The notes under the pieces are model-generated. The model made no database searches. It saw nothing but the letters and a program-made list of their open reading frames with translations, and was not told where the DNA came from. This document shows positions 1-12,008 of a stretch of DNA of 64,000 nucleotides, piece after piece. Position 1 is the first letter of the stretch; each line of letters starts with the position of its first letter. The translations under genes were made by a program, and so were the position numbers. This DNA comes from Chrysomallon squamiferum (lineage: Eukaryota; Animalia; Mollusca), in assembly GCA_012295275.1 (NCBI GenBank), contig CM022679.1:19220001-19284000 (forward strand). Direction: 5' to 3'.

Positions 1-435
1 TTTTATTTATCTCAATATCATAAGGCAGTTCTATGAAACACGAGGGAACGAAACAAAAAATTTCCCGTTAAGCTGGTTTTCCTCGGGTACAGGGTATCTC
101 AGTTTAAGCCAACAAGGAAAGAAAATTGAAGGGTCCGATATCATAGGACAGTTCTATTAAACAGGAGGGATAGCTGTATTTTTTTCTTAACAAGGGAAAC
201 ATTTAAATCGTTTCGAGTAAGTTCATTTTCTATTATCATCGTGTGGTAACAAAATTATCTTCATACTATAAATTAAAAATTCAATTCAGTACAGTTAATA
301 AGTTGTTAGTATTATATCTGAATTTATTTTGGCCTTCCTGCTTTATATCTTTTTTGAATATATATTTTTTAAGAACAATTTACATAAAACATCGATTTTT
401 GTCTTTCCTCCTTACTTTTTTATTATTTTCTTATT

Positions 436-442
<7 letters not shown>

Positions 443-512
<70 letters not shown>
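443..512. repeat. (TTA)n microsatellite; similar TTA/TAA/TAAA tracts at about 848-930, 1367-1423, 2092-2156, 4600-4680, 16903-16970, 18105-18218, 46669-46740
   Basis: Tandem tri- and tetranucleotide runs are directly visible and produce the spurious poly-Y/poly-L ORFs in the track. Confidence 0.95.
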
Positions 513-513
<1 letters not shown>

Positions 514-840
514 TCTTTTTTTTTATTTTTTTTTTATTTCAAGAAATAATATATACCTCTGTCAGTGAACTGCCTGTTGTAAGGGAGTTTATGCACAGAC
601 AATACGTGATCAGCAAAGCAACACAATTTACTCTAACCATTTGACTAACCATTATTTTATATTTCTTATTTACTCATTTGGCTGATTTCGTTTGTGCTTC
701 GTTGTTGTAATATTTAGAGGAAACAATTTATATACATGTTTGACAATAATATCATTTCTTACATCATTTAAAATATTCACTTGATCGAAACTTTTCTTTT
801 TATTTCCTTTTCTTCTTCTTTTTTTTTAATTATTTATTTA

Positions 841-929
<89 letters not shown>

Positions 930-1118
930 TTTGTTTGTTTGGGGTTTTTTCCTCACTATCACTGTTACCCTTCGCTTTGTGTTCTCCCTTCTCGATCAGT
1001 TAAGCTTTTCCATTTGAGTCAGTTTAAGTTTTTCATTTAACTGTTTGATATAGACTTAACATTAAGGAAAGAGAAAATAACATTAAATTAATGTAAAACC
1101 TGCACTCGTCCACTTCAG

Positions 1119-1227
1119 TATAAACTTAATTCGAAGGTCTTGGTGCTACTGATCTGGAATATTACTGGGAAACCCCTCTAAATGAAGTAACTATCGATCC
1201 TAAACTTTCCTATTTTATGTAGTAAAG
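1119..1227 (+). promoter_or_regulatory. Candidate PKS core promoter and non-coding first exon
   Basis: The PKS ATG (2453) sits 2 nt after a strong acceptor (ttttcag, 2450), which suggests an upstream UTR exon. TATAAA at 1119-1124, GGGAAACCCC at 1167-1176, donor-like AAG|gtacga at 1227/1228. No transcript support. Confidence 0.3.
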
Positions 1228-1380
1228 GTACGAACAAAAACAAAGATGTATCTGGGAACACGAAGATTAAGCTTCGATATTTTCATAGAAGATTATCTTC
1301 TGAATGCTTTTAAGTTTTATAGATAGATCGTTCATTTAATGTTATTTTTTGTATTTATTATTACATAATAATAATAATAA

Positions 1381-1423
<43 letters not shown>

Positions 1424-2091
1424 AACCAGGATATAAAATACACAGTCATCTAGTCTTAAGTCATGGGACTAAAAAGGTTTTTAAATCATGTATCATTATC
1501 ATAATTATTATGGCACATAAATATTTCTTGATATATCAAAAATAAAATTTAAAAAATCAACTAATAAACATTTATCAGCATTGTTCATAATTAAAATTTA
1601 GTAACAGAGTTTCTTGATAACATAAAAATAATGGCATGTCCCTGCAGAGCAGATAATATTTTTATGTAAATGATGATAAAACAATAAAACCCATATCATT
1701 CTATATGCGGTACGTGATCAAGTTTTACAATAATAAACCCCAACTCTGAAAAGTACTCATACATTCACTTAAAGTTTACCTTTGTGATTAAAAGAAATAG
1801 TCCGAATACTTCCAAGTTATGTTTTATTATTTAACAATCTTAATTAGTAAACAAGTACAACAACAAATTAATAACATATAAAATCGTGAACAGGGAGAAC
1901 CTGTACAGGCTGATCTCAACGCTACTCTTACTGCGTTTCTTAATCTAAAATGGAGACTTTCAAATGTTTTGTAAATTTTCTGATATATTGACCTACTTTG
2001 TTACTCAGAATAATAAAATAATAACGTTTACACAATTTTCTCATACAAACAAATTTCCAATAATAACGAGTTTCTAAATATTACTACAACA

Positions 2092-2158
<67 letters not shown>

Positions 2159-2452
2159 CAGATTTAAAGATATTCTTGACACTAGCTTTTTTTCTTTCTT
2201 TTTTTCTTTTTATATATATTTTTTTTTTTTTTCATTTATTATTATTATTATTTATGAAACATTTGTTAACTATCCACATATATAATTAATATATACCAGT
2301 TATATAAATATTTGTTGTTGACGTCAAATTAATATGGACTTATGAAAATGTTTAGTAACATTTAATGAAAGATGTTATGAAACTAAACGTTAATAATTCA
2401 TTAACCAGCTTAATTTACTTGTTATTTATTTACGTACTTGTGATTTTCAGCG

Positions 2453-4598
2453 ATGGAAGGAGAAAGTGGAGGAATAGCCATTGTAGGTGTAGGATGTCGT
2501 TTTCCTGGTGCAAACAACATCGATGAGTTCTGGCAGATTTTAGCAAAAGGAGAAAATCATGTTACTGAAATTCCATCTGAACGCTGGAATCTAGAAGCGT
2601 ACTACGACGAAGATGCAGACGCCCCTGGCAAGATGTATCCTAGAAAAGCTGGATTTCTATCAAAGTAACTTTTCGAATTAATCATAATTTCTCAGTATTG
2701 ATAAATATAATAAATACAGTACTAATAATATGTATTTTATGCGGAAGAAAATGAATATAAGTAAAAATAATTTTTTTGCCTTTTACTTGTGTTAACTAAT
2801 ACAGTTTCATTGGTTTCAGTAATCGTTAATAACAAAGCCTTAGAATGAAATAATTTTTAAAAAACATTTGAACGACGGTATTTTACACTTCGTCGAGTGG
2901 ATTCGTTATATTATGGCCAACATGGCAAAATAATAACAGTTATAATTTTTTTAATTTTTCTCTCAAAAAATAAATAGGGGATTTGAACAAATATATGTAT
3001 CCATTTAGAAACTTCTAATTTCTGGCTAATAATAAAAACGACGGTAATAATTAATAAGCCACATACGAGTTTCATATTATCAATTTCTACACAGACTATC
3101 AAGAAATCTGACGCATGGATAAACTTGATGATTTTTGCAATCCACGTGTAATTAGACATAATAAGAAAAAGAAAAAAGAAAAATTAGTCAACTGTTGTTT
3201 TTTTTTTTTTTTTTTAATCTGTCTGAAAATTTCTTTAAAAAAAGAAACAGTTAAAAATTTAATACACCTCTTTTCTTCTTCTTTTCGTTTCTTTTCATAC
3301 TTTAATAATAAACATTTATGGCAGTTAAAAATACTAATATCACTTTGAAGCATGCAGTTTATTTTAGTTTGTATTCATTATATCCACAACTGCATTTTAA
3401 AACGGGGTATAAAATATATTACGCATCTGAAATATATTACGCTTCATAACGACGCTAATCTATTGTATATTACAGTTTTGATGAATTTGATTTCAAGCTA
3501 TTTGAAATCAACGAAAAGGAGGCACAAAGAATGGATCCACAACAAAAATACATACTTGAGTGTGTGTTTATGGCTTTACAAGACGGTGGATTCACAAAGA
3601 AATGTATACATAGATCAAAGACTGGAGTCTTCATTGGGTACCAACAATATCTTAATAAGAAAACTAAAATTCACTTTTATTTCATTTTCTCTTTTCTCTT
3701 TATTATTTATTAAATTAATACATTTTTAATTTATCTAATTTTTTATTTTTACATTTGTTTTAATAATTTAAAAAAAACATTTGAACGACGGTATTTTACA
3801 CTTCGCCTACATGGCCACATATACACATATACCCAATATGATATAGGAAGCACCAATATTATCGTAGGGAAACTTCAATAATGAAAAAAAAAAAAAAGTT
3901 GGAAAGTAGCTGACCCTTTACTGAATCCTTTAGTTACTTCAGCATTGAACGTTTCTGATGATTTAGGTGTAATGAATGATGACTACAGCAGACTGACATC
4001 CAGAAATGACATGAATCACTACAGTGTAACAGGCGGTTCCACCAGCATCATGTCAGCGCGTATTAGTTATGCTTTTGACCTACGTGGACCATGTCTCTCA
4101 CTGAACACAGCATGTTCTTCGTCGTTAGTGGCTGTCCATCTCGGGTGTCAATCGCTTAAGTCAGGTTCGTTGTTTCAAATTAAATATTTTTTAATGATCT
4201 GAATCAAATGGAATTTAAAAGGTCAGAACATTTTAATGTAAAATATTATATCGTTTCCAAGTTAAATGCATTTTCTAATAAACAAATTAATGTCACATAA
4301 CCGCAACATTAATTTGATATAAATATGTATGTCTAGGTAAAAAATCATATACTATATATTTGCTTCAGGAGAATGTAACATGGCAATATGTGGAGGAGTA
4401 AATTCATTGTTGACACCCTCCATCTTTATACAACTGAGCAAATCAAGAATGGTTTCACGAACCGGACAATGCCAGGCATTCTCGGCAAATGCTGATGGAT
4501 ATGCCAGAGGAGAAGGATGTGGAATAGTGCTTCTTAAAAAGTTATCTGATGTAAGATTTTAAAAATTACTTTTTCCCTTTTAATTCTATGTATTCAGA

Positions 4599-4661
<63 letters not shown>

Positions 4662-7600
4662 CAATAACAATAACAATAATCATAAATAACAATAAGAAGA
4701 AGAACAGGAAGAAGAAGGAGAACTTCAGCAACAACGACAACAACAACAATAATAAGCAAGACCATTACAAATTATGGTCCTTAAAACTTCCATTTCCCTT
4801 TCTTATTCTAAAAAAGAAAGACAAAGAACAAATTAAAATTGTCAAAAAAGAACAAAACAAATACTACTACTACTACTACTACTACTAATAATAATAATAA
4901 TAATAATAATAAAAGAGATTAAATTACTATATTAATCCAACAGGCACTCAGAGATGGAGATAATATATGGGCAACAATTGTAACAGGAACAAATCAAGAT
5001 GGTCGAGCAGCCACTCCAATGACTGCACCTTCCGGAGAACAGCAATATCAGCTTCTGAAAACAGTTTATGAAGAGGCAGGAATTGATGCTGAGCAAATAG
5101 ACTACATTGAAGCCCATGGTAATCAAATGCATATTATCTCAAAATTTGTCTTCAAAACAATATCACTACTTAAATATCAACATAAAAAATAATAAATTAT
5201 AAAAAAAATTTTAAACTGTTATTATATTATTCATCCAAAATATAAAATGCATTTAGTGTATTAAAAATGATATTAGGTAAATTATTTATTCCAGTATCTG
5301 AGATTTCATTCCAAAAACAACTAACAATTTAAAACAAAAATGTATTTTTCAGGAACTGGAACAGTAGCTGGAGATCCTGTAGAAGTGAACAGTTTGGGTC
5401 GTTTTTTTCTCGAGAGAGCTGATAACAAAATAAGATATATAGGATCAGTCAAAACAAACATTGGTCATCTGGAATCTGCTGCTGGTATTGCTGGAATGAT
5501 CAAGGTTTTGCTCATGATGAAGAATAACAAGATTGTAGAATCACTTTTAACGGGAGAACAAAATCCTAGAATTGACTTCCAAAAATTCCATTTTCAGATA
5601 CCAACCAAGCTTACCAACTGGGATAAAGAAAATAAAGTTGCTTGTGTCAACTCCTTTGCTTTCGGTGGTACTAACTGTCATGCTGTCCTTTCTACACACA
5701 CAGAAATAAGAGAAAATAAGGAAGTGACAAACTCAGAAGTTCCATTGTTATTTTGTTTTTCTGGTCAAGATGAAAATGCACTTCAAGAAAGCATACAGGA
5801 ATTCATAAAATTTTGTGAGACACACACAGAAAGAGATGTCAAAAGTATTTCATATACATCGACAGTGAGACGTGATCATCTTCAGATAAGGAGGAGTGTG
5901 GCTGCTAATTCTTTGGATGAACTAGTTGGTAAACTAAAATCAGCTCACTCTGCAGAAAGTTTTCGTCCGCGTAAGAAACTGATTTTTGTTTTCGGAGGAA
6001 TGGGTATAGCTTGGAATGGAATGTGCAAGGAACTAATAACTGAATTTCAAGTATTCAAAGAAAAAATTAGAGAAATTGATAAATATCTGAAAAAGTATGT
6101 ATCCTGGTCACTATATGAGAAACTTCTTGACGACTTTGATGTCAGTGACCCAGTGTTTGGTCCCATCTCCATTTTTGCATGTCAAGTGGCACTCGCCGCA
6201 CTCTGGGAACACTCAGGAATCACACCAGATTCAGTTTTAGGTCAGAGCATTGGCGAAGTGGCAGCCTCACACATTGCAGGGATTTGGTCATTAAAAGAAG
6301 CAGTGAAAATAATATTTTACCGAACTTCAGTTCTGGCAAATATTGGAACAGGCAAAATGATGTTAATACGCAACTATTCGGCATCAAGTGTTGAAAAGAT
6401 CTTGCCCAAATATGATGGCAGAGCAAATATAGCATTGTTTTACAGTCCAAAGTCTTGTGTTATCAGTGGAGATACAGATGTTGTTGAAAAGATTGAAAAA
6501 GATCTCTTGTCTTCTCCAGATATTCAAGACAGCATTATTTGTCAGACCTTAAGACTAAATACGGCTTTCCACAGTCATCACACAGAAGATTCAAAGAATG
6601 AAATCCTTGAAACGTTGTCTGGTATGCAAGGATCTAAGCCAAAAACAGAAATTATATCCACCGTTAATGGAGAAAAAGCAAAAGAAAATGACTTTTCAAC
6701 GCCAGACTACTGGGGCAACAACATTCGAAAACCAGTTTTGTTTGGGAAAGCTGTTGTAAATGCTACAGAGAAGGACAAGTTCAACATATTTGTTGAAATA
6801 GGACCAAAACCAGTGTTAGGTAATAACATTGCTGATTTGTTTACCGATGAAAATGTTGTGTCTGTTCCTTCTATGAAAAGAAAAGCTGAACTCATTTGCT
6901 TTATGGAGAGTATTGGCAAACTCTATGAATATGGATGCAGTCTGAACTGGCAAAATCTGTATGACAAACCACAGAAGAATACTGCTTCACCTAAATACAC
7001 TTTCTGTAGAAGCAAATGTCTTCATATATCCGAGGACAAAAGACAGGAACTGATGGGCATGGAACCTAATAATAATTTACATCCTTTTCTGAAGACCATT
7101 GACTGCAGTCACGAGCACAAGATAATAGTCTCACCCAAATCAATTCCCAGTGTTTACGAACACAGATTCTCAGGAAGAATTCTCATTCCTGGAGCTCTTT
7201 ACGCAGAAGCAGGCTTTGCTATTGCAAAACACCATTTCAGAGAATCTGAAACAGCCAGTGTTTCTGTCAAATTCAAACATCCTGTTATTCTGCAGATAGG
7301 ACGCATTGAAGAACTTGATGTTTATAAACATGTCTCTGAAGAAGCCATAAGATTTGTCATAGAGAAAAAGGGTAATAAATTTGTAGAAGGAACAATTGAG
7401 AAAAAAGAACTTTATCCAGATATTACAATAGATGTTCAGAATGTGAAAATGAGATGCACGGAAACTCTAACAAAACAAAATATCTATGAAAATCTTCAGG
7501 ATATTGGAATGACATTTGGAAATGTACTTCAGCTATTAGGAGATTCCGTTAGAAATGACTCAGAAGTCTTATCAAACTTGATTTTGAATTCTGATATCAA

Positions 7601-10600
7601 ACAGGAAATGAAAGAAACAACACTACATCCTGCAGTTTTGGATGCAATGCTTCAGACTACGAGCGCCTTTCATCAGAAAGACACTGAGAAACAGAAGTCA
7701 CTCCCAGTTCAAATAGAAGGCCTCACGATCAGGAAACGTGTTGAAGACAGAATGCTAGTGTATACAAAACTTATCAAACAAACTAACATCTTCAAGCAAT
7801 TTCACATAAAACTCCTTTCTCCTGATGGAAGTCTTCTGGCAGAAATAGAGAGATTTATTACAAAAGCTCTGGGTTCACAGGGAGAGGAACTATTATTTCA
7901 GATGGAATGGATTCCTACTGCAATAATAAGAACAGATGTTCAAACTAGTTCAAAAGGAAAATGGCTTATTGTCACTGACAAAAATCAAAGAGAAGCATTG
8001 TCCAACAATTTCTGTGCAGAATACATAGAAACAAATAATGCAAATTATGACTTTGCTCAGAAGCTTCAGATGAAATCCAGAGCTTTACAAGCAGCTACTG
8101 CAATAATTTTCTTGTGTCCCCAAGAAATATTAACTCAGACAAGTCTCGAAATCCTTAAACCAATTCTGAAGCAGTCATTGAAACTGCAGGAACTTATCAA
8201 ACATCTCAGCAATATGGGAAATATAAATATTCCTCTCTTTGTAATTACTCAGAATGCTGTACATGTCAGAGACAACATTTCCCTAAATCTTGTGGGTGCG
8301 TCATTTTGGGGGCTGTTTAGAACGGTGATGAGAGAGAAAATGTATGAGAAAGCTCTTCTTGTTGACATCCATGCAAATGAAAAAAGTTCATTTCTGATGT
8401 TAATAGATGCTGCAGTAAGTCATCTACTTAAGCAAGATATCACTGACGGTCCTAATGAATTTGTTGTTGAGGAAAATACCATCTGGTCTCAGCAAATAAT
8501 TCCAAATGAAGAAATGCCTTTATATCGAAATAATCACTCAGATGAGCTCTGCAAAGCAAATTTGTATGTGGAAAATGAAGACATTTTTAAAGCACATCTC
8601 CAGTATGATGATGAAGAAAGACAAAGTTCACGTGCAGGAGACACAACGGTATTCGTAACCAGTGTTGCGATACACAGTTCATCTTTGTTTCCTCTCTTTC
8701 TTCCCACAGATGATGCTTCAAAACATACTTCAAATGTAATCACTCTTGAAGCCTCTGGGGAAATAACCACCAGAAAGAAGGGAAAACAAAAAATAGCATT
8801 CTTTTACCCATGCAAAGTTAGTACACTGACAAGAGTACCAGCTCAAAGTATTATTGAGGTCAGTCAAATACCGTGTTATACACTTGGCCTTTTAACTAAA
8901 CTTATGTTGCTCTGGCAACATAATGTGCGTATTCTTCAGTTAAAACATGGTTACTGGAGTCCAATAGACATGTTCCATCATAATGGTAAAATGGCAATAT
9001 GCATTCTTTGTTCAAAAGCATCTAAAAATGTCACAAAAGCTCTTTTACTGATGCTTGAGACAGAAGCAAAATATATCATCACTGAAATAGTTGATATTGA
9101 CAGCACAATTTCTGTCCAGACACCGTTTGAAAAAATCATTATTTCAACCATTGAACTGAACAAACGAGTCATTGAAGAAACATGTAAATTATGGCCATTT
9201 GCTAAATGCCTGGTTTGTTTAGATCAGTTATGTCCAAGATATGCTGAGATAGAACTTCGTAACCAGAATCCAGAATTGCAGATCAACATTATTAGAACTG
9301 GCGATATCTTAACTCATAGGTCAACTGTGGAGAACATGCCTAAGCTAAAAACATGGATTATAAAAAAACAGGATGTTGTCCAGAAAATATCGGAGATATT
9401 TCAAAAAATGACTTATCAATCAAGGAAATCCTGTTTTGGGCAAATGATGGAAAGCTCAGTTCTGCAGTTACATAATGACAATAGACATGTAGAAGTGCGT
9501 GCTTCAGAAGAGTCACTACTTCGTTCAGATGGAATCTACATTGTAGTGGGAGGTCTAACAGGTCTTGGCTGGGAATCTGTCCGATTTCTTGCACAAAGAG
9601 GTGCTGGCGCAGTCGTCACAATAAATCGCCGAAGTGTGCAGAATGATAAAATGCATCAAATAGAAATCATAGAAAGATGTTATAGATGTACTATTTTAAC
9701 TCTTCAAGCTGACGTCACAGATATCTCATTACTGCAGAAAACTTTGGAAACGGCCGAAACCAAATTTCCCACAAAAGTGTTAAAAGGAGTCATCGTTGGT
9801 GCAGCTGTACTTGATGATAAAATGTTCATCAATATGTCACAAGAAGCGTTTCTGAAGGTTGCTTCTCCTAAAATACGAGGTACTTGGAATATGCATCTTC
9901 TTACAAAAAACAAACCTCTTGACTTTTTTATCATGCATTCCTCCGTAACAGCGGTTTTCGGAAATCCAGGTCAGTCCAATTATGGAGCTGCCAATGCTTT
10001 CCAGGATTCATTAGCACAGAAACGTAGACTGTCTGGACTTGCTGGTCAGAGTATTAACTGGGGACCTCTTAACCTCGGTTTGCTGCAAGATAAACCTTCT
10101 GTTTTGGAAGCCTTGAGAAACCAAGGATACATTCCACTCAGTATTGATGAGATACACAAATGTCTTCTGGCTGCACTCATGCTGGACAAACCTGCCATTG
10201 TGGCTGCCAAATTCAACTCTATTCAACTGTCCAATAGCATAATGATGGAAAACAATAAAGCTCTGGAATTCAAATTAAGACCTATCATTGAAATACCAAC
10301 ATCAGAAATGACACAAAATAGTCCATTTAAAAGCAAAGTAACTTTTGAACTAGAACAACTGAAAGGCTCTGATCTGGAAAGCAGAAGTCAGTTAATTCAA
10401 GATTACGTCATTGAATTACTGTCAGATGTGTTAAGCTGCGATCAAAGCATTCTTGAACTAGATAAAGGAGTGGAAAACCTGGGACTGGACTCAATGCAGG
10501 CAATGACCTTTAGTAATCAAATCTATCAAACTTTTCAAATACGGATCACACCAAATGGTCTTTTACAACAAAATCTCTCAGTTAATGAAATTACAGATCT

Positions 10601-12008
10601 GATCAACACCAAACTGTTTACGACAAATGAAACAGAAAAATCAAATGTTTCCTTACAAGTTACAAAAGAGACACTTTCATATATGGAACATACCTTTTAT
10701 GAGATATACTGCAGAAATCCTGCTGATCCAAGTTTGTATTATGTCAATGAAATATTACTACCTGAATCAGTAGCTGAACCAAAACTCTGGGAAAAAATAG
10801 CTAGTCAACTTATTTCACGACATGAAGTTCTGAGAACAACATTTGTGAAAGTACCAGACACTGAAAATATCAGATGGAATGTCAAACGAAAGATTTTTCA
10901 TGAAGGAATGAAACCTGACTTTAGAACACTGAACGCAGGTGATTCTGATGGGATAGAAAGTAACACACAAGAAGCCTTTCATTTAGATACTCAAGGTCCA
11001 GTTCGCTTCATTTTCATTCAAGGAGAAAAATGTCACCTCAGAACTGTTTACAACAGTATTTGTTTTGACATGCAAGCAGTTGCTTCTATTTTTAAAGATA
11101 TGGTGGATATCTTTCTTTTCAACAAACATAATACAGCATTGTCTGATTTGAAAACGGTAGGAGGAAGTTTGATAGTGGTTGAAATGGAAAAAGTGCTGCA
11201 AGAAAGGGGTGTTCAACTGAAGGAATTTTGGAAAAACTTCCTTGAAGAAGATATACCAGTGATTACTTTAGGTAAAACATGTCACTCATTTCAAGCACAA
11301 CTGGGCACATATAGAAGTGAGAAAGAAACCATATATCCTGAACTATGTGATGCACTGCATAACTTATCAAAAACTAAAGGTTTAACCATGTATAAACTAA
11401 TAACCAGCATCTATCAATTGCTTCTACATCTGATCACTAAAGAGGTCACAGTGGCAATTTCAACAACAGTAGATATCAAACAACACATCCCAAATGCTGC
11501 TGATGCTGTTGGCCTTGGAACAAACTACATTCCACTGGTGGCCAAATTTCCATCAGATAATGTCAGTATTGAAGAATTTCTGAAGGAGAACAAAACAGCT
11601 CTTCAGAAGTCAATAGATCATTCTGTGTGTCCCACAGATATCATTGGTGAGCTGGTTGGTCCTGAAAAATTCAAAAACATTGTCAGAAACAAGATCGTAA
11701 TTGTTGAAGATGAATTTGTAGCACCTTTGTTACAAAAAGCAGATGTGGCTGGATATGCTTTTGAAGTAACGCAGTCAGGAGATCTGGGAACCCACACAGA
11801 AACCCAATTTAGTCTTTGGAACAGAACAAAATCAAAGCAAATGATTCTTGAACTGATATATAATTCAAATAACATGTCCAGTGATTATGCACAGAATGTG
11901 ATAAGATCAATGTTGGAAATAGCTGATAAAATCACCACTGATAGTTGCACAACAATTGCAGATCTAAAGGAAATAGAACATATTAAAAGATTTGACATAT
12001 TTCAGTAA
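2453..12008 (+). CDS. Iterative type I polyketide synthase, KS-AT-DH-(inactive ER)-KR-ACP-(condensation-like domain), about 2527 aa
   Basis: Exons 2453-2664, 3476-3636/3637, 3967-4164, 4369-4550, 4944-5118, 5353-12008; introns are GT-AG, with a 1-nt phase conflict at the exon 2 donor. KS: IAIVGVGCRFPG, MDPQQ, NTACSSS, EAHGTGT, KTNIGHLE, VNSFAFGGTNCH. AT: GQSIG (6240), TAFH (6561). DH: HRFSGRILIP (7161), HPAVLD (7626). KR: GGLTGLG (9549), LDD (9810), YGAAN (9981). ACP: GLDSM (10482). C-like: RHEVLRTTF (10818), NSICFDM (11052). Confidence 0.93.
2859..3805 (+). repeat. Two identical copies of a ~34-bp motif in consecutive PKS introns (2859-2892 and 3772-3805)
   Basis: aaaaaacatttgaacgacggtattttacacttcg occurs in both introns. 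Confidence 0.9.

Noticed and set aside
15-173. Two similar ~35-bp motifs (atatcata..cagttctat.aaaca.gaggga) at about 15-48 and 138-171, superficially repeat-spacer-like
   Set aside because: Only two degenerate copies in eukaryotic DNA with no cas genes; probably a repeat fragment cut by the window edge.
243-1017. ORFs 243-644, 329-568 and 781-1017 (also 18088-18309) with poly-Y/poly-L tracts
   Set aside because: Translations of (TTA)n and (TTTA)n microsatellites; no coding signal.
6179-11875. Short antisense or alternate-frame ORFs overlapping the PKS (and the same at 57212-60100)
   Set aside because: Shadow ORFs of the long coding exon; their recurrence reflects the duplication only.
5340-12008. 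Bacterial contamination or symbiont origin of the 2222-aa ORF
   Set aside because: It is the last exon of a gene with spliceosomal introns, embedded in host-type microsatellites and duplicated with host flanks.
2453-12008. Annotation as fatty acid synthase or as a complete PKS-NRPS hybrid
   Set aside because: KS motifs are PKS-like, the ER is degenerate and there is no TE; there are also no adenylation or PCP domains after the C-like domain.
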